64,000 bases of DNA from Okamejei kenojei. Taxonomy: Eukaryota. The stretch spans positions 9,424,001-9,488,000 of the forward strand of contig CM069174.1 in the NCBI GenBank assembly GCA_035221665.1, written 5' to 3'. The translations under genes were made by a program, and so were the position numbers. Shown here piece by piece: positions 1 to 13,226 of the stretch. The number at the start of each line of letters is the position of its first letter. Positions within the stretch are counted from its first letter, which is position 1. The notes under the pieces are model-generated. The model did no database searches and was not told where the DNA came from. It saw only the letters and a list, made by a program, of their open reading frames with translations.

Positions 1-599
1 CATTTAGTGTGTGAATGGGCCAGGAAATGAATCAGGGGCAAGTGGCTCATTAGGTTCCTGTCGTATTATCCTAACGGAGAGAAAACAGGGAAACCTGGAT
101 GAAGATTCTTCCAGGAAAGTGATAGAGTTAGTTCGACAATAAATTGGACATGGTCCATGGCAGGAAGAAGGTAAAAGACCATTTTTCATCACATGCTCGT
201 TGTGTTCAAGATGGAAAATTGTTTATTAAAGTGGTTCGGCAACACTCTGCATGTCTGTAATGGAGCACAGGGTAATTAGGCAGATTCCGAGTCGAATTCT
301 ATTCATCAATTTACCAGTTCTGTCCAACTGAGGAAATATATGGAGTGCTTTGATTTATGAAGCACTGGCTGACTAAACAGATTGGATTTGAAGAATGCAC
401 CTCTCTAAAGGCAATGACGGAATAATCAAAGCGATGAATTAATCCTCATTACCCTTGTGGACCCCAAATGTTTGCCTCGAGAACTGCAACGGGCAAAGCC
501 CCGACCTTGAGTGCCATGGGTCACCTGTCCATTTTCTGAGCTCCAGGAAAGTACAGGGACGAAAAGAAGATAACCTGAGAGATTGGTCACTATCATTGA

Positions 600-806
<207 letters not shown>

Positions 807-1499
807 GCAAAGGTGCCTTGTGTCCTATTGCAGACCAACCAGGGAGGAATGTGTGTTGTATCAATCAGAAGGTTAAATGGAGCACAGAATTAGCAACCCA
901 CCCCACCAAAGCCCTAAATTTTCAATCGATAAATGACAAATCACAATTTTATTTTAAACTTCACAATCAGTCGTATTTGTTTTATTTTAGCACTCATATC
1001 AATTGATTCATTAAACAAGATCTGCCCGTTGACTGAATGTGAGAGCAGTAGGTAGCGTTACTCAAACAAGCAAAGGCAATGCGCTAAAAAACAAACCACA
1101 GTTAAAAATCCAGAGAGTTAAATAATGAATTAATATCAATTAACTCACAAGTCACAATTCGCCTTTAATATGCTGGTAGTGTATTTATCATTCCCCAATC
1201 TAATTCATAGCCAAGCTGCGTGCTTAATACATTTTTACAAGTAGCTGCTTGCGAAAATACTTTGAGTATACTCAAATCCCGATATCCTGCATCTTAAATG
1301 TTGCTTCCTGCTTTCTATGCATCATGTTCTACTGGATGATGTCACATTTGCACCAACAGCAAAAATAGCTGTTCCTTCAGGCAGTCGCATCATCAGTAGA
1401 ACAGCCACTGAGAATACGGGCAGCAATATAAACTTGGGTAACAAAAAACTCAAAGCCCCATCTATCTGTTCCAGTGGTTCAGGTGGACACTGTGGCACT

Positions 1500-1645
1500 A
1501 TTTCCTCCCTCGGCCAGCTATCACCAAAAACAGATTAACCGCTCAATCATCACACTGCTCTTTATTGAAACTTGCTGTGCGCAAAATGTCTGCTGCATTT
1601 GCCTATGTAACAACAGTCACTGCACTTCAAAGAAGCTAATTGTGA
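1500..1645 (+). mobile_element. Ancient Deu-domain SINE fragment (SacSINE1/AmnSINE1-like)
   Basis: acagattaacc...cttgctgtgcgcaaaatgtctgctgcatttgcctatgtaacaacagtcactgcacttcaaag resembles the Deu central domain. Diverged relatives occur at ~4548-4900 and ~49340-49515. Confidence 0.6.
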
Positions 1646-4114
1646 TAATGCGCTATATTAATACATTTCTTTCTTCCTTATCTAATTTAAACGGTAGACT
1701 TTTTTGGGTCTATCTACGCTTTCAGTGAGAACCGAGGTCAAATTGATGAAATTCCTGTCCTTATTACTGCTTGCAAAACTGTTGTTAACATCACTTAATG
1801 TACGGCATAGATAAAGGGGCCTTCTAGTGCAAATGTGTTATGTGTCCTTAGTAAAGTTGGGGATTCATTTACTCCATGTTGCTAGTATTGGTTCTACATT
1901 TATCTCACCTAATAGCAAAAGCCCTTCACGACACCATCACATCAACTCATTTCTTTGTGTTGTGAAGTCACATTGTGGAAAGTACCTCTCGTTCATCACT
2001 AAGTTGATTTGATTTCATTCTTGACATCTTTGAATACCTGACCGGTGAACAGATAGAGGAAGAAAAGTTCCAACAGAAAGAAAAAATACTAGCATGTGTT
2101 CTGGGCAGCACTAAGGCCGTACAAATGTGCTTGCCTCAAATAATTCCGTGTGCTTTTTGAATCCAAGTGCACCAGAAATTTCAAGTTTGATGAGCATTTG
2201 TATGGAAATATTTGTAAAATGAAGCAAGTATAATCTAGTCTTAAACATGGATGAAGGTAGAATTTAGCAATCAATAGTGATACCAAAACTCCTGTAACCA
2301 ACGCAGGACCGGAGGTCATCTATTAGTATTTCTTCTTTCTGCTTGGACTTTCTATACAGTTGTTTTCCGACAGTGTTCATGATACAAAATTTGCACATAT
2401 GTCATCCTTACAAAATTCCAGATGTTTTGCCTGTGTGATTTACCTAGAAAGCCTGAGACATCTGCAATGTTACTGACTGGAGCTTTAGACACTGTTAAAG
2501 GCGCTCAATTTAACTGGTACCATTCTCATTTGCAAAATTGATTTTGCTCCTGTTTCTGCTAATTGCACATATCATCAATTGAAATTCTTCATTACGATAT
2601 TAAATGTTGAAACATTTATTTAATGTTGCCCTTGCATCGTGTGAAGTGCAAGGTTACTAGCGATCAATCCTGTAAACAGTTATATGAGGACAGGAACATC
2701 ACGATTTGAGGCCTCAAGTGACATCTGTTGGTCTTTACCTGAATACCAAACAACAAAAAACAAATAATTACATCTTTTAACAAATGTACTACTTAGCATT
2801 GGAATGAAATAAGATGGAATTTTAGGTAGTCTTCCTTGCAAATTCTTTAAAATGTATTCAACGAGCCATAATCATTGGGTCGACTTTTAAATCAAAGGAT
2901 TGGCCACAAGACGACACCTTCATGTAAATAGGGCCCTTGTGATAGAACTGAAGGTTTTCCATGCATGTTGAGTTTGTACTGGTTTGTACTGTGCTTACGT
3001 CATGCATAATAGCAATATGTATTGTAAACCATTTCTGGCAGAAGATGTAGACAATTTGTACCAGTTTATCCACCTTGCAAACTCAAAATTCCCGCTTTGC
3101 TCCTCACAAATTGCCTTGGTCTCAAATCATACGTCTTCTGCATTATCGGCCGTCCAGTTTAGCTTCTTTATTTCATCGGTTAGGAGATGATGATGTACAA
3201 AAGCAGTGCCTAATAGGAGGTGTCAGCTTTAATCTAGTGCAATATGTTGTTCGTGAGCCGATGGTGCCCAGTTAGACCAGGAGCAAATGTTGATCTTTCC
3301 TTCGATTCTAATCAAATGAGTTAGGACAATCACAACCCAGGTAATTTCTATGTACAAAAAAAAAAAAACTTTTCACCCTGGATATCCCAACATGTTTTTC
3401 CTGATAAAATGATCTAAGGCTTTTTTTTGTTTGTCTGCCCCACATATCTCTTGTATTGCATGGCCATCGATCTTCAATGGTGAATCGATCCTGGTTTGGT
3501 CTCTCTTGCACAGCGGTTGAAGTTCACCTCCAGTCCTAACCTCATCATCTTGGCTTCCAAAGATTTCAGGGAATTAAAAAAAAAGAAACTCCCTTCTCAC
3601 TACTTTCCGGGACTATCATCATGGACTAGGCAAGAGGACCTTTGTTAGATCAGATCTTTGGTATTCACACTGAAACAAGTCAAGGGTTACAAATAAAATT
3701 GTTTAACCAGGAAAAAACTCCCAGCTTCTCTTCCTCTATAATGGATATGGATTGGATGGTAAAGAGAATTGAAATATTATCCTGTGACCATTGAACAAAT
3801 TGCAAATCCAGTCTGGGTTGGAGAGAGATTGTCCCCCTCTTTGCAGCAGTTTAGGAATCGAGTTTGCACAATCTCATTTGAGTTGCCTACAAGTTGATCA
3901 GTAACTCAATTGAGTTCTTGATCAGCTAGCAGACACTTGAGTTGATAAGTTGAACCTAAATTGGTCACTCCCCAGTATCCATAAAGATCCCTGGCGTGAG
4001 AACTGGCTGGTTTCGGAGCTTCAGAAAGTGTAGTGGGTATAGCTGATGATAAAATATGAAACAGACATCACTTTACAGGGTGAGCTCCCCAGTGCTGCTA
4101 ATGCCAATTCCATA

Positions 4115-4320
4115 TTAGAAACATAGAAACATAGAAAATAGATGCAGCCAGCACCGCCATTCATTGTGATCATGGCTGATCGTCCCCTATCAATAACCCG
4201 TGCCTGCCTTCTCCCCATATCCCTTGACTCCACTAGCCCTTAGAGCTCTATCTAACTCTCTCTTAAATCCATCCAGTGACTTGGCCTCCACTGCGCTCTG
4301 TGGCAGGGAATTCCATAAAT
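4115..4320 (-). mobile_element. CR1-type LINE 3' fragment
   Basis: Reverse complement of the CR1 3' end seen at 7228-7605 and 39601-39976, with an (agaaacat)n tail. Confidence 0.8.
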
Positions 4321-4547
4321 ATTGCTATACTATTAAAAATATAATAAGCATAGAACTATATAAGACCTCTGCAAAATATTGTATGTATACAGAAGTGCAT
4401 GTGGAAGATGTACAGAAGACATCCATGATTTATCGGTCACTGTGTCCATTTGAGATGTGAGGCAAATTAATTGATCCCCATCAATCTACATCGACACTCC
4501 CAACTAATACTACCTTCCCCATTGACAGCGTTCTCTTCCTCTCAACT

Positions 4548-4900
4548 GTTAGCTTGGGTCAGTTGCTCGTACTCACCCTTAAGTCGGAGATTTGAAGATC
4601 CAAGTTCCAATCCAGCACATGAGTATGTTATCTAGGCTGCCACCCCAATGCAGTATTGAGGACGTGCTGAGATGTCAGCATTCGGCTAAGATTTTAAACT
4701 AAAGTTCTCTTCAAATGGATGTTAATGTTTCCTTGGGAGCTATTCAAAGAAAAAGCAATTCTCCCAACTGATATTTCTTGCACAATCAACACCAGCAGAA
4801 TTGGTAAACTGGTGAATCGATTTGTTGCTATTTGTGGGAACTTGCAATGTGCAAAACGGCTGCCTCTGTTGCTAAAATAAGTCATTAAAATATTGCATTG
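4548..4900 (+). mobile_element. Deu-domain SINE (SacSINE1-like), diverged
   Basis: Degenerate tRNA-like head followed by the Deu-like core tttgtgggaacttgcaatgtgcaaaacggctgcc. Confidence 0.55.
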
Positions 4901-5865
4901 CATATCAGGCACATGGAGCTGCAGAAAAGTGATTACGTGCTAAATCAGTGCAATCCTTACAAATCATTATCAAGATCTTTGAATACCTCAACTACATTTT
5001 CTTCTGTAGCCACCAACGTAAACGTTGTGAGACCTCGGTATCGCTTTCACTGCAATAGACAAAATAAATAACAAGTCAGGGTGAAAAACGTTGTTTCTTA
5101 CAGCCAGGCTGGGAATTAAATCGACTTCATTCCCCCGTCCCATTTTTGATCTTGCCTTTACCGAGAAATTAACTGGTGATGTATCTCATTACTGCTTGTG
5201 GCCTCTGCTCTGCGCAAAATAGCGATTCTGAAAATATTCTGAAATATTTGCAAAAGCACCAAGTGCACGCGTGACACTGTTCTTGCTCTCCAATGCCAAC
5301 TCCTTTGCAGTGGCTACATAGACATCAGCTCACAGAGCAGAGATCGTTGAACACTTGCCATACACCACGAGTACTTACTTCGACCTGTATACAGTCTGCA
5401 TACACAAGGCTAAAGAGTCACATCACCTACCCATCCCTTGGCCCCCAGCTGATGTGCCTCCCACATTGCCAATCCCAGCCTGATCCACTGCGTCATCCTT
5501 TCACCCTTCTCCCCACTCCCTCTCCAGCAAGAGGAACGAAAGAATAATAGCATCAGATGGTCAGATATCCCAGAGAAAAAGAGAATGGCTGCATTCAAAC
5601 TGTTTTCCAACATTCAGCAGTGCAGTGTGTGGGAGAGTATGTGAAAGTGGCCCTTGAATATGCATCAATACCAGTAGCTGGTTGACTTCAGCTTTACCTT
5701 TATTTAATGGATTAAATCAAACACACAAATCGCTGCTTTACAAGGTCTTACACAAAATATAATTGAAGACGAAAGGCAGTGAGAATGTTTCTGGCAGCGC
5801 CGCAAAGGAAACTCGAGTTTCTTAGGTGTTAACAACTTTCATTTTAAAGCTACTTATTTTGGTGA

Positions 5866-6430
5866 AGGGCTGCAAGGTGGAGCAACTGATCAAGCTGCTG
5901 CCTCACAGCTCCAGTGACACAGGTTCAATCCTGACCACGGGTGCTGCCAGAGTGGAGTTTGCCCGTTCTCTCTGTGACTGCATGGGATTCCTCCAGTTTT
6001 CTCCCACATCTAATCAAACACATGTGTTTAGGAAAAATTGGCTGCAGTACATTGCCCCTTGTGTAGGTGGGCGGTCGGTGAACGGAGGGAGAGGGATGTT
6101 GATAGTGTGCGTGAGAGAACATGGTGCCGCAGCGGTAGAGTTGTTGCCGTACGGCTCCGGAGACCCGGGTTCGATCCCGACTACGGGCGCTGTCTGTATG
6201 GAGTTTGCACGTTCTTCCCGTGACCGTGTGGGTTTTCTCCGGGTGCTCCGGTTTCCTCCCACACTCCAAAGACGTACAGGTTAGTAGGTTAATTGGCTTG
6301 GTATAATTGTAAATTGTCCCTAGTGTGTGTAGGATAGTGTTAGTGTGGGGGGGGGTCACTGGCCGATGCAGATTCAGTACGCCGATTGGCCTGTTTCCGT
6401 GCTGTATTTCTAAACTAAACTAAATTAAAC
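5866..6430 (+). mobile_element. Two adjacent tRNA-derived V-SINE (HE1-like) copies
   Basis: A-box/B-box head (gcagcggtagag...gggttcgatccc), V-domain ggagtttgcacgttct, CR1-like tail ending in (taaac)n. Confidence 0.85.
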
Positions 6431-7227
6431 AGGTTACAGGGAAATATGATAGAGGATGGGATTGCTTTGAAAGCCAGCATAAATTGGATGGGCAGAATGG
6501 CCTCCTGTGCCCTGCAGAAATATGAGATGGTGATAGTATTGTAACTAAAGATACTTCAGGTGATGTAGGACTGCCCAGGATTCTGGCCTCCTTCAAGAGA
6601 TGAACTATTTCAATGTTTACTGATCACCTGGTGATACAAAGTTCTTGCCATTGCTCCTGGCATCCTCTTTCCCAGCCAGCGTTGATGTATTACTAAACGT
6701 CCAGCTTCATTATTCCACGGTGAAGAAGCAAATTAATCACATGCGTTGATTAAAGTTGACCACTCCTGCGAGTGATTGATTTGTGGGTTATGTTGTTCTG
6801 CTTCGATCGCCACAAACCAACTCCCCGGTGAGCAGGGACGGTCATTAGTAAACAGAACAGCAGTGTGACTCAAGAATTGTAATGCAAACTAAGTATTGTA
6901 AACTGTCACTGCGGCAAATCTACCCTAACCACAGGAGAGGATCTCAGCAACACACACGACAATAATGCGTGTGATAACTCAACCATTTTAGCCGTTGGTC
7001 AAACAAATAGATTTTACAATAAGAAATAAGTAACCTGCCTTATTGCAACTTACCACTATTAAACTGTGCAGCACAGAAAGATACCATTCAGCCCACTGCG
7101 GTTGTGTAGCTCCTTGAAAGTGCTATTTGATTAGATCTATTCCTTTTTCCACTTGCCCATGTAGTTATATTTTCTGATTCCAGTACATATCCTATTCCTT
7201 TTTGAGTTACTATTGAATCTGTTTCCA

Positions 7228-7605
7228 TTACAAGATTGTTAAGGGCTTGGACACACTAGAGGCAGGAAATAGGTCCCCGAAGTTGGGGGAGTCCAGAACC
7301 AGGGGCCACAGTTTAAGAATAAGGAGTAGGCCATTTAGAACGGAGACGAGGAAAAACTTTCTCTCACAGAGAGTGGTGAGTCTGTGGAATTCTCTGCCTC
7401 AGAGGGCGGTGGAGGCAGGTTCTCTGGATGCTTTCAAGAGAGAGCTAGATAGGGCTCTTAAAAATAGTGGAGTCAGGGGATATGGGGAGAAGGCAGGAAC
7501 GGGGTACTGATTGGGGATGATCAGCCATGATCATATTGAATGGCGGTGCTGGCTCGAAGGGCCGAATGGCCTACTCCTGCACTTATTGTCCATTGTCTAT
7601 TGTCT
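7228..7605 (+). mobile_element. CR1-type LINE 3' fragment (ORF2 C-terminus plus 3'UTR)
   Basis: ORF 7247-7510 encodes RTRGHSLRI...SQRVVSLWNSLP...FKRELD, typical of CR1 ORF2; ends in an (attgtct)n tail. Confidence 0.9.
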
Positions 7606-7855
7606 ACCCTCCTCTGCAGCGAGTTCCCACCAACCTGCTGCCTGAAACAAATTCTTCCTACTCTCCTCTAACCAAGTAATGAGTCTTCTTCACATCCTGC
7701 CGGTTAGGTTAAAACATCGTTTCTTCCTTTGCTGCACATCAAAGTACTTCATTGTCTGCAGAGCTGTTGGATGAAAGATGCCATACAGATGCAAAGGGTT
7801 TTTTTTTGTTGATCTGTTTTATTCCAAGTCCCCAAACTGCTCATAAGAATATGCC

Positions 7856-8098
7856 GGTAGACAAAAGTGCTGGAGAAACTCAGGGGGTGCAGCAGCATCT
7901 GTGGAGCGAAGGAAATAGGCAACGTTTTGGGCCGAAACCCTTTTGGGTTTCGGCCCGAAACGTTGCCTATTTCCTTTTGGGTTTCTGAACGAAACGTTGC
8001 CTATCTCCTTCGCTCCATAGATGCTGCTGCACCCGCTGAGTTTCTCCAGCACTTTTGTCCACCTTCGATTTCCAGCATCTGCAGTTCCTTCTTAAACA
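7856..8098 (+). mobile_element. Fold-back Penelope-derived non-autonomous element with 14-bp TSD
   Basis: Inverted arms around aaacccTTTTgggttt; TSD cataagaatatgcc at 7842-7855 and 8099-8112. Confidence 0.8.
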
Positions 8099-8585
8099 CA
8101 TAAGAATATGCCTCCTTGTTTAGGTTTCAAATACGCCATTACTAATACCCTGAAGAAATGTACAGAGGCAATGGCATCGTGGAAATACAAAGCTCCTATG
8201 AGTGGGGCGGAAGCAGACCTGGAAGGGATTCACGTTGTTTTTGTTACAACAGATGTAAAAAGCTGTGATGTGTGTTCAAGGTGATTGATATGTCTGTACA
8301 TCTTTTAAGACTTCAGTCAGAAATTGGTTTAGGCAGTAATGCCTCAGCTCACAATTCCCTTCTGTAGTAAGACATTACGATGACATTGTCATTGAGTGCC
8401 GCGATCATATTTATGTGTATCTTTCCGGTCAATGTAGACAATATTAGAAAGATGTTGCTGTTGGAAATAGCTTAAGCCCAGGCAGCTTTTAAGATCTTAT
8501 AAATAGTCTACATTTCCAAAGCTACATCACAAGGACCTTAATACCCACTTTAAGATTAATGCTCTACTGTGTGCATTCATTTCTT

Positions 8586-8907
8586 GTCATAAGTGATAGG
8601 AGCAGAATTAAGCCATTCGGCCCATCAAGTCTACTCCACCATTCAACCATGGCTGATCTATCTTTCCCTCTTAACCCCAGCCTTCTCCCCATAAACCCTG
8701 ATACCTGTACTAATCAAGAATCTATCTATCTCTGCCTTAAAAATATCCACTGACGTGGCCTCCACAGCCGTCTGTGGCAATGAATTCCACAGATTCACTA
8801 TCCTCTGACTAAAGAAATTCCTCCTCATCTCCTTCCTCGAGGAGAGTTCCTTAATTCCGAGGCTTTAGCTTCTAGTCCTAAACTCTCCCATGAGTGGAAA
8901 CATTCTC
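8586..8907 (-). mobile_element. CR1-type LINE 3' fragment
   Basis: Reverse complement of the CR1 3' sequence found at 20500-20746 and 21033-21327. Confidence 0.8.
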
Positions 8908-9094
8908 TGTGGGAATTTTTTCCCCCCATTCTTGTTCAAAGCTGGCACAGCCATTCAGCCGAGAGGGCAGCACTTCCCACGCCATGGTCCTGTCCTTGGG
9001 CTTATTGGTGTAGTGTCATAGTGGATCATTCACACACAGCCTCCCTCCACACTTGCCATTTATCGTTGATCGATTTCCGTGATGTACACTGTCA

Positions 9095-9211
9095 CCATCT
9101 GGTGGCAGAGCCGAGGTGTTCCATCTGGTGGCAGAGCCGAGGTGTTCCATCTGGTGGCAGAGCCGAGGTGTTCCATCTGGTGGCAGAGCCGAGGTGTTCC
9201 ATCTGGTGGCA
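9095..9211. repeat. Perfect 26-bp minisatellite, 4.5 copies
   Basis: ccatctggtggcagagccgaggtgtt starts at 9095, 9121, 9147 and 9173, with a partial copy at 9199. Confidence 0.97.
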
Positions 9212-10473
9212 TGTATCGAGGTATCTCTTTGAAGGGCAGATGCCAGCGCCTGCAGTCTCTTGTGCCTGCATCTTATTAAAGGTTTTTTTTTGGAATTCAG
9301 AAGTGTGCATCTGAGAGTAAGTTTGATCAAGTCGCAAGGACTTCAAAGACTGAACTTTAATCGGACAGGACAGATAATGCAGGGGACATGGGGAATTAGG
9401 AATTGGATTGCCAACTTGCATTTATTTTGTGAGATTTCATCACAAGATACCATGTCAGGTCTAATTATGCCTGACACGTGATAAAACTGACCTACAATCA
9501 ACAGCTACACGGCCTGCACCGAGCAATCCATTTAAACTGAGCGGGGCAGGCAGCATACGCCAGTATCTTGTGTCTATCTTTGGTGTAAACAGCATCTGCA
9601 ATTCCTTCCCACATATTTAAAATGACTCCTGGCTTTACATCAGAATATAAGAAACTGGAGCAGGTGTCGGCCAATTTTGATCTTACCTTTGCCTTATGAC
9701 TCAGGTTGGATTACACAGAGTGCTGTGAATAGTTCTTGTCACATTGCAGAAAGGATATGACAGAAACTGAAGGTAATACAAAGGAGACATACTCACATTA
9801 TGCCAGCAGAGCGAGCTTATCAGGGAGGAGTCATTTCTGCTAGTGGTCTCTCGAGAGGTCTTTAACAAGTAAGATAAATAAATTCCACTTCTGGGGAAGA
9901 CCAGAACTAGGGATAAATATTGGATAATCTTTCCTAAATCCAATTGAAAATTCCATGGGTGTGTTTGGACTAAGGAACTTGCAAAGGCCATGAACTACCA
10001 ACACGAGTTATCTGAAGTTGCTGAAATGGATAATGAGTCTGGAAGACTGTACTATACCCAGATGAGGTGCTGTCGGGCTTGTATGAATGGCCTTGGTTCA
10101 AAGCTGTTGCGCCTTGCACTGTTTTGTAATCTTACCTCTACATTTCCACCATCCACATTTGCAATATTTAACAGACTTTAGCTACAGGTCTGCAACTGAT
10201 ACGTGCAATGCCTCTCAATAAAAAACCCCTAACCAGATGTAACTGCTGCCTATCTTTAGTCGAAAGGCTGAATTCACCAATCTCACTCCTGATAGCCAAT
10301 CTCAAGGAAAGTCTGGCTTGCAGATGGGGCAACAACAGAGTGGTTCAGTTTCATGATGGCTTCCTGCTGGCATGACAGATGAAAAGTTAACTCTCTAAAC
10401 ATTTCCATGTTCTTCTTGGTTTGGTTCAGGCATGCAGGTGCAAATTCCCCAAATAAACATAGTTCGTGGCAAT

Positions 10474-10683
10474 AGTTAGTTTAGTTTATTGTCACGTGTA
10501 CAGTGAAAAGCATTTGTTGCGTGCTAACCAGTCAGCGGAAAGACAAAACATGATTACAATCGAGCCATTCACAGTGTGCATGATGAGGGAATAACGTTTA
10601 GTGCAAGGCAAGGCCAGTAAAGTCCGATCTGAAGGTCTGAGTGTCGCCAATGAGGTAGATAGTAGTTCAGGACTGCTCTCTAG
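10474..10683 (-). mobile_element. LINE 3'-end fragment (Rex/Babar-like, family uncertain)
   Basis: The same ~170-210-bp sequence with a (taaac)n tail recurs at ~23710-23876, ~26715-26931 (opposite strand) and ~35320-35491. Confidence 0.65.
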
Positions 10684-11539
10684 TCTTACCGTCATTGCAG
10701 GGTGAGTTAGTCACTCTGGTGGTAACAGCTCGGTGAGGACTGACTGGGGCACTTCACCCAACCCAACACCACCCAACCGTTCTTGATTAGTTTGGGTGTC
10801 AGAAGTTATGGAGAGAAGGCAGGAGAATGGGGGTTAGGAGGGAGAGATAGATCAGCCAAGATTGAATGGCGGAGTAGACTTGATGGGCCGAATGGTCAAA
10901 TTCTGCTATTCCTTATGACCTTATGAACCAGAGGGTGCTCAAAATACTTGCACTGAAGTTGCACAAGAAGCCAATTGACAAGAAGAGGTGAAAATGCCAG
11001 CAAGTCAATCTTTAATGATTTATAAAAGCTTGATGTCATCAGATAAAAACAAATCGAAACATAGAGAAGAAATTAGATGATCTGGAGATGTAAGTGAAAG
11101 TGGATATTTAACTATATTTAATTGAATCATTATAATAGAATTACAGAGAATATGCAGCAGGGAAACAGATGGTTTGGCCTACCAGTCCAATGCTGGTGTT
11201 CCTGCTGCGCCACGCTGTGTCTCTTCCCATCCTCACCCTCCTGCATCTAACTCCATCAGCGTGTTACCTCTATTCTCCTCCCAAATGCTGTGCGAGCTTC
11301 CCCTTGAAGAAACCCTTGCTGTTCGCCTCCAACCACACACCGTGGTGGCATGATTCCACACTGTCACCACTCTCTCCACGAATTTCCCATTGAATCCATT
11401 ATGGACCCTGGTTCGACTGAAGGAGCAAGTGAATGTAAGTGGCATCACCTCCAAGGTTGTTGTTCTTGTTAATTAAAAGCAATGGTTTTATTGGCTCATA
11501 CTGTCCGTTTCGTTTCGATTTGCTGCAGCTTTTCTGGTG

Positions 11540-11760
11540 CAGAGTGAGCCTGTGCGTGTCAGAGAGTGAGTGTGTGTGAGTGAGAAACAGAATGAGTGTA
11601 AGAACGTGTGAGTGAGAGTGTGTGAGGGTGTGTGATACAGAGAGAGTGTGTGTGTGCATGTGTGAGATGGTGTGTATATGTGTGAGAAAGAGGTTGTGTG
11701 CGAGTACGAGAATGTGTGTGTGTGAGAGAGTGATGAGTGTGTGTGTTGGTGGCTGTGTTT
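11540..11760. repeat. Degenerate (GT/GA)n low-complexity tract
   Basis: Imperfect gtgtga/gagagt repeats. Confidence 0.9.
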
Positions 11761-12799
11761 TGCACGCATGCACATGTGGTCTGCATCTCCCCTGGGCTGC
11801 AATGAGTGCATGTGCCACTTAGCTGTGGTCCCAAGCAAGCGCAAAGCCACCTCTTCATCCATTTTGCTGCCGCAGTCTCTCATCTGGCACACGCACCGGT
11901 AAAGTCACATCAACGTGTGCAGGTCAATTAGCCAGAAAACTGAGCGAGTGCAGGGAAAACACAGTGGGGAATATGGCTTTGCCTGCCAGGCTCAGCACAA
12001 TGAAGGTCTTTGGTGGCCAATTTTAGAGGGATTGGAAAACAAATTCCTGTGTTGACAGGGTAAGGATAAAGCAAAGATACCTGAATGACGTCTGCCAATG
12101 GCGGAAATCTGAAATGACATTAAAACAGAAACGGAAAACACACAGCAGCAAGTCCAGCAGCACCTCTTCCTAATGTGTTGAATAGCGATGTTTCATCAGG
12201 GGCAATTGAAATGAAATGCTGCAAATGTTGCACGCGAGGATTACTGAAACTGTCTGTCTACCTCGCTGTGCGCTTACACAAAGCCTATACTCAAGGGGGG
12301 GAATGTACAAAGGTGCAGAGATAATGTTTGAGCCGATGCATTGAGATGGCTTCTTAACCAAATTGTTTAAATCCCCCAGTACCGTCAATGGCATATTGAC
12401 ATATGTTGTACCATTAATGTTCTTTCTATCCTCTCGATGCTCTGGGTATATGTCATGCGTTTGCCCATGTCTCTGAAGCAAGAGCAGCCTCTGTTTCCTG
12501 CTGTGCCTTCCTGAGCTCTATAGCACTCTGCAGTTCCCTGCACCATCGACATGGAGGATTCAGACTCCAGCAGAGCTCACGCCACTTAGAAGGGTCAAAT
12601 ACCCAGTTGCCCGTTTGGTTTTTGCTTTTAGTTTTCCTGCCGCACAGGGCAAATAGTGCTCCGGGCAGTCTTATTGCACATGTTGAGAGCAGCCACACAT
12701 TACAGCGGAGAGACTGTGAGCCGAGGTTTGGCACCACACTGTTGGCCATGCTCATAAGTTGCTTGACAATCTGTGACATACTGCATCTAAATAGTGTAT

Positions 12800-13000
12800 G
12801 AGGGAACTGCAGATGCTGGTTTAAACCGAAGATAGACACAAAATGTTGGAGTAACTCAGCTGGTCAGACACTGGAGAAAAGGAATAGGTGACATTTCAGG
12901 TAGAGAAGGAGAAGGGTCGCGACCCGAAACTTCACCCATTCCTTTTCTCTCGAGATGCTGTCTGACCAGCTGAGTTACTCCAGCTTTTTGTGTCTATCTG
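12800..13000. mobile_element. Penelope-derived element, inverted arrangement
   Basis: ggaactgcagatgctgg...gagtaactcagc arm followed by an inverted arm with gggtcgcgacccgaaac. Confidence 0.7.
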
Positions 13001-13226
13001 TGTGTTTAGATTGTTTGTTTTTATTATTGGGTGAGGGTTATCTATTTGCGATCCCAATCAGTGAATCTCAACAGTGATGGCGAAGGGTGGGCTGAGACAC
13101 AATGGCTACGATGCCATTGCTGGAACATGGGAGGATTCTCAGCTCAGGCACCAGGTTAAATGACACCTATATTTGGGCCCCGTTCAATTACTTAAGCCAT
13201 ATCCAACTAGTTTTCAGTAGATGTAT

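Noticed and set aside
5826-6359. 144-152 aa ORFs on both strands
   Set aside because: They lie in V-SINE copies; the same peptides recur in other copies.
9095-9211. CRISPR-like array
   Set aside because: Head-to-tail identical units with no spacers, no cas genes and a vertebrate context.
11399-11892. His/Thr-rich ORFs
   Set aside because: Mostly translation of a (GT/GA)n low-complexity tract.
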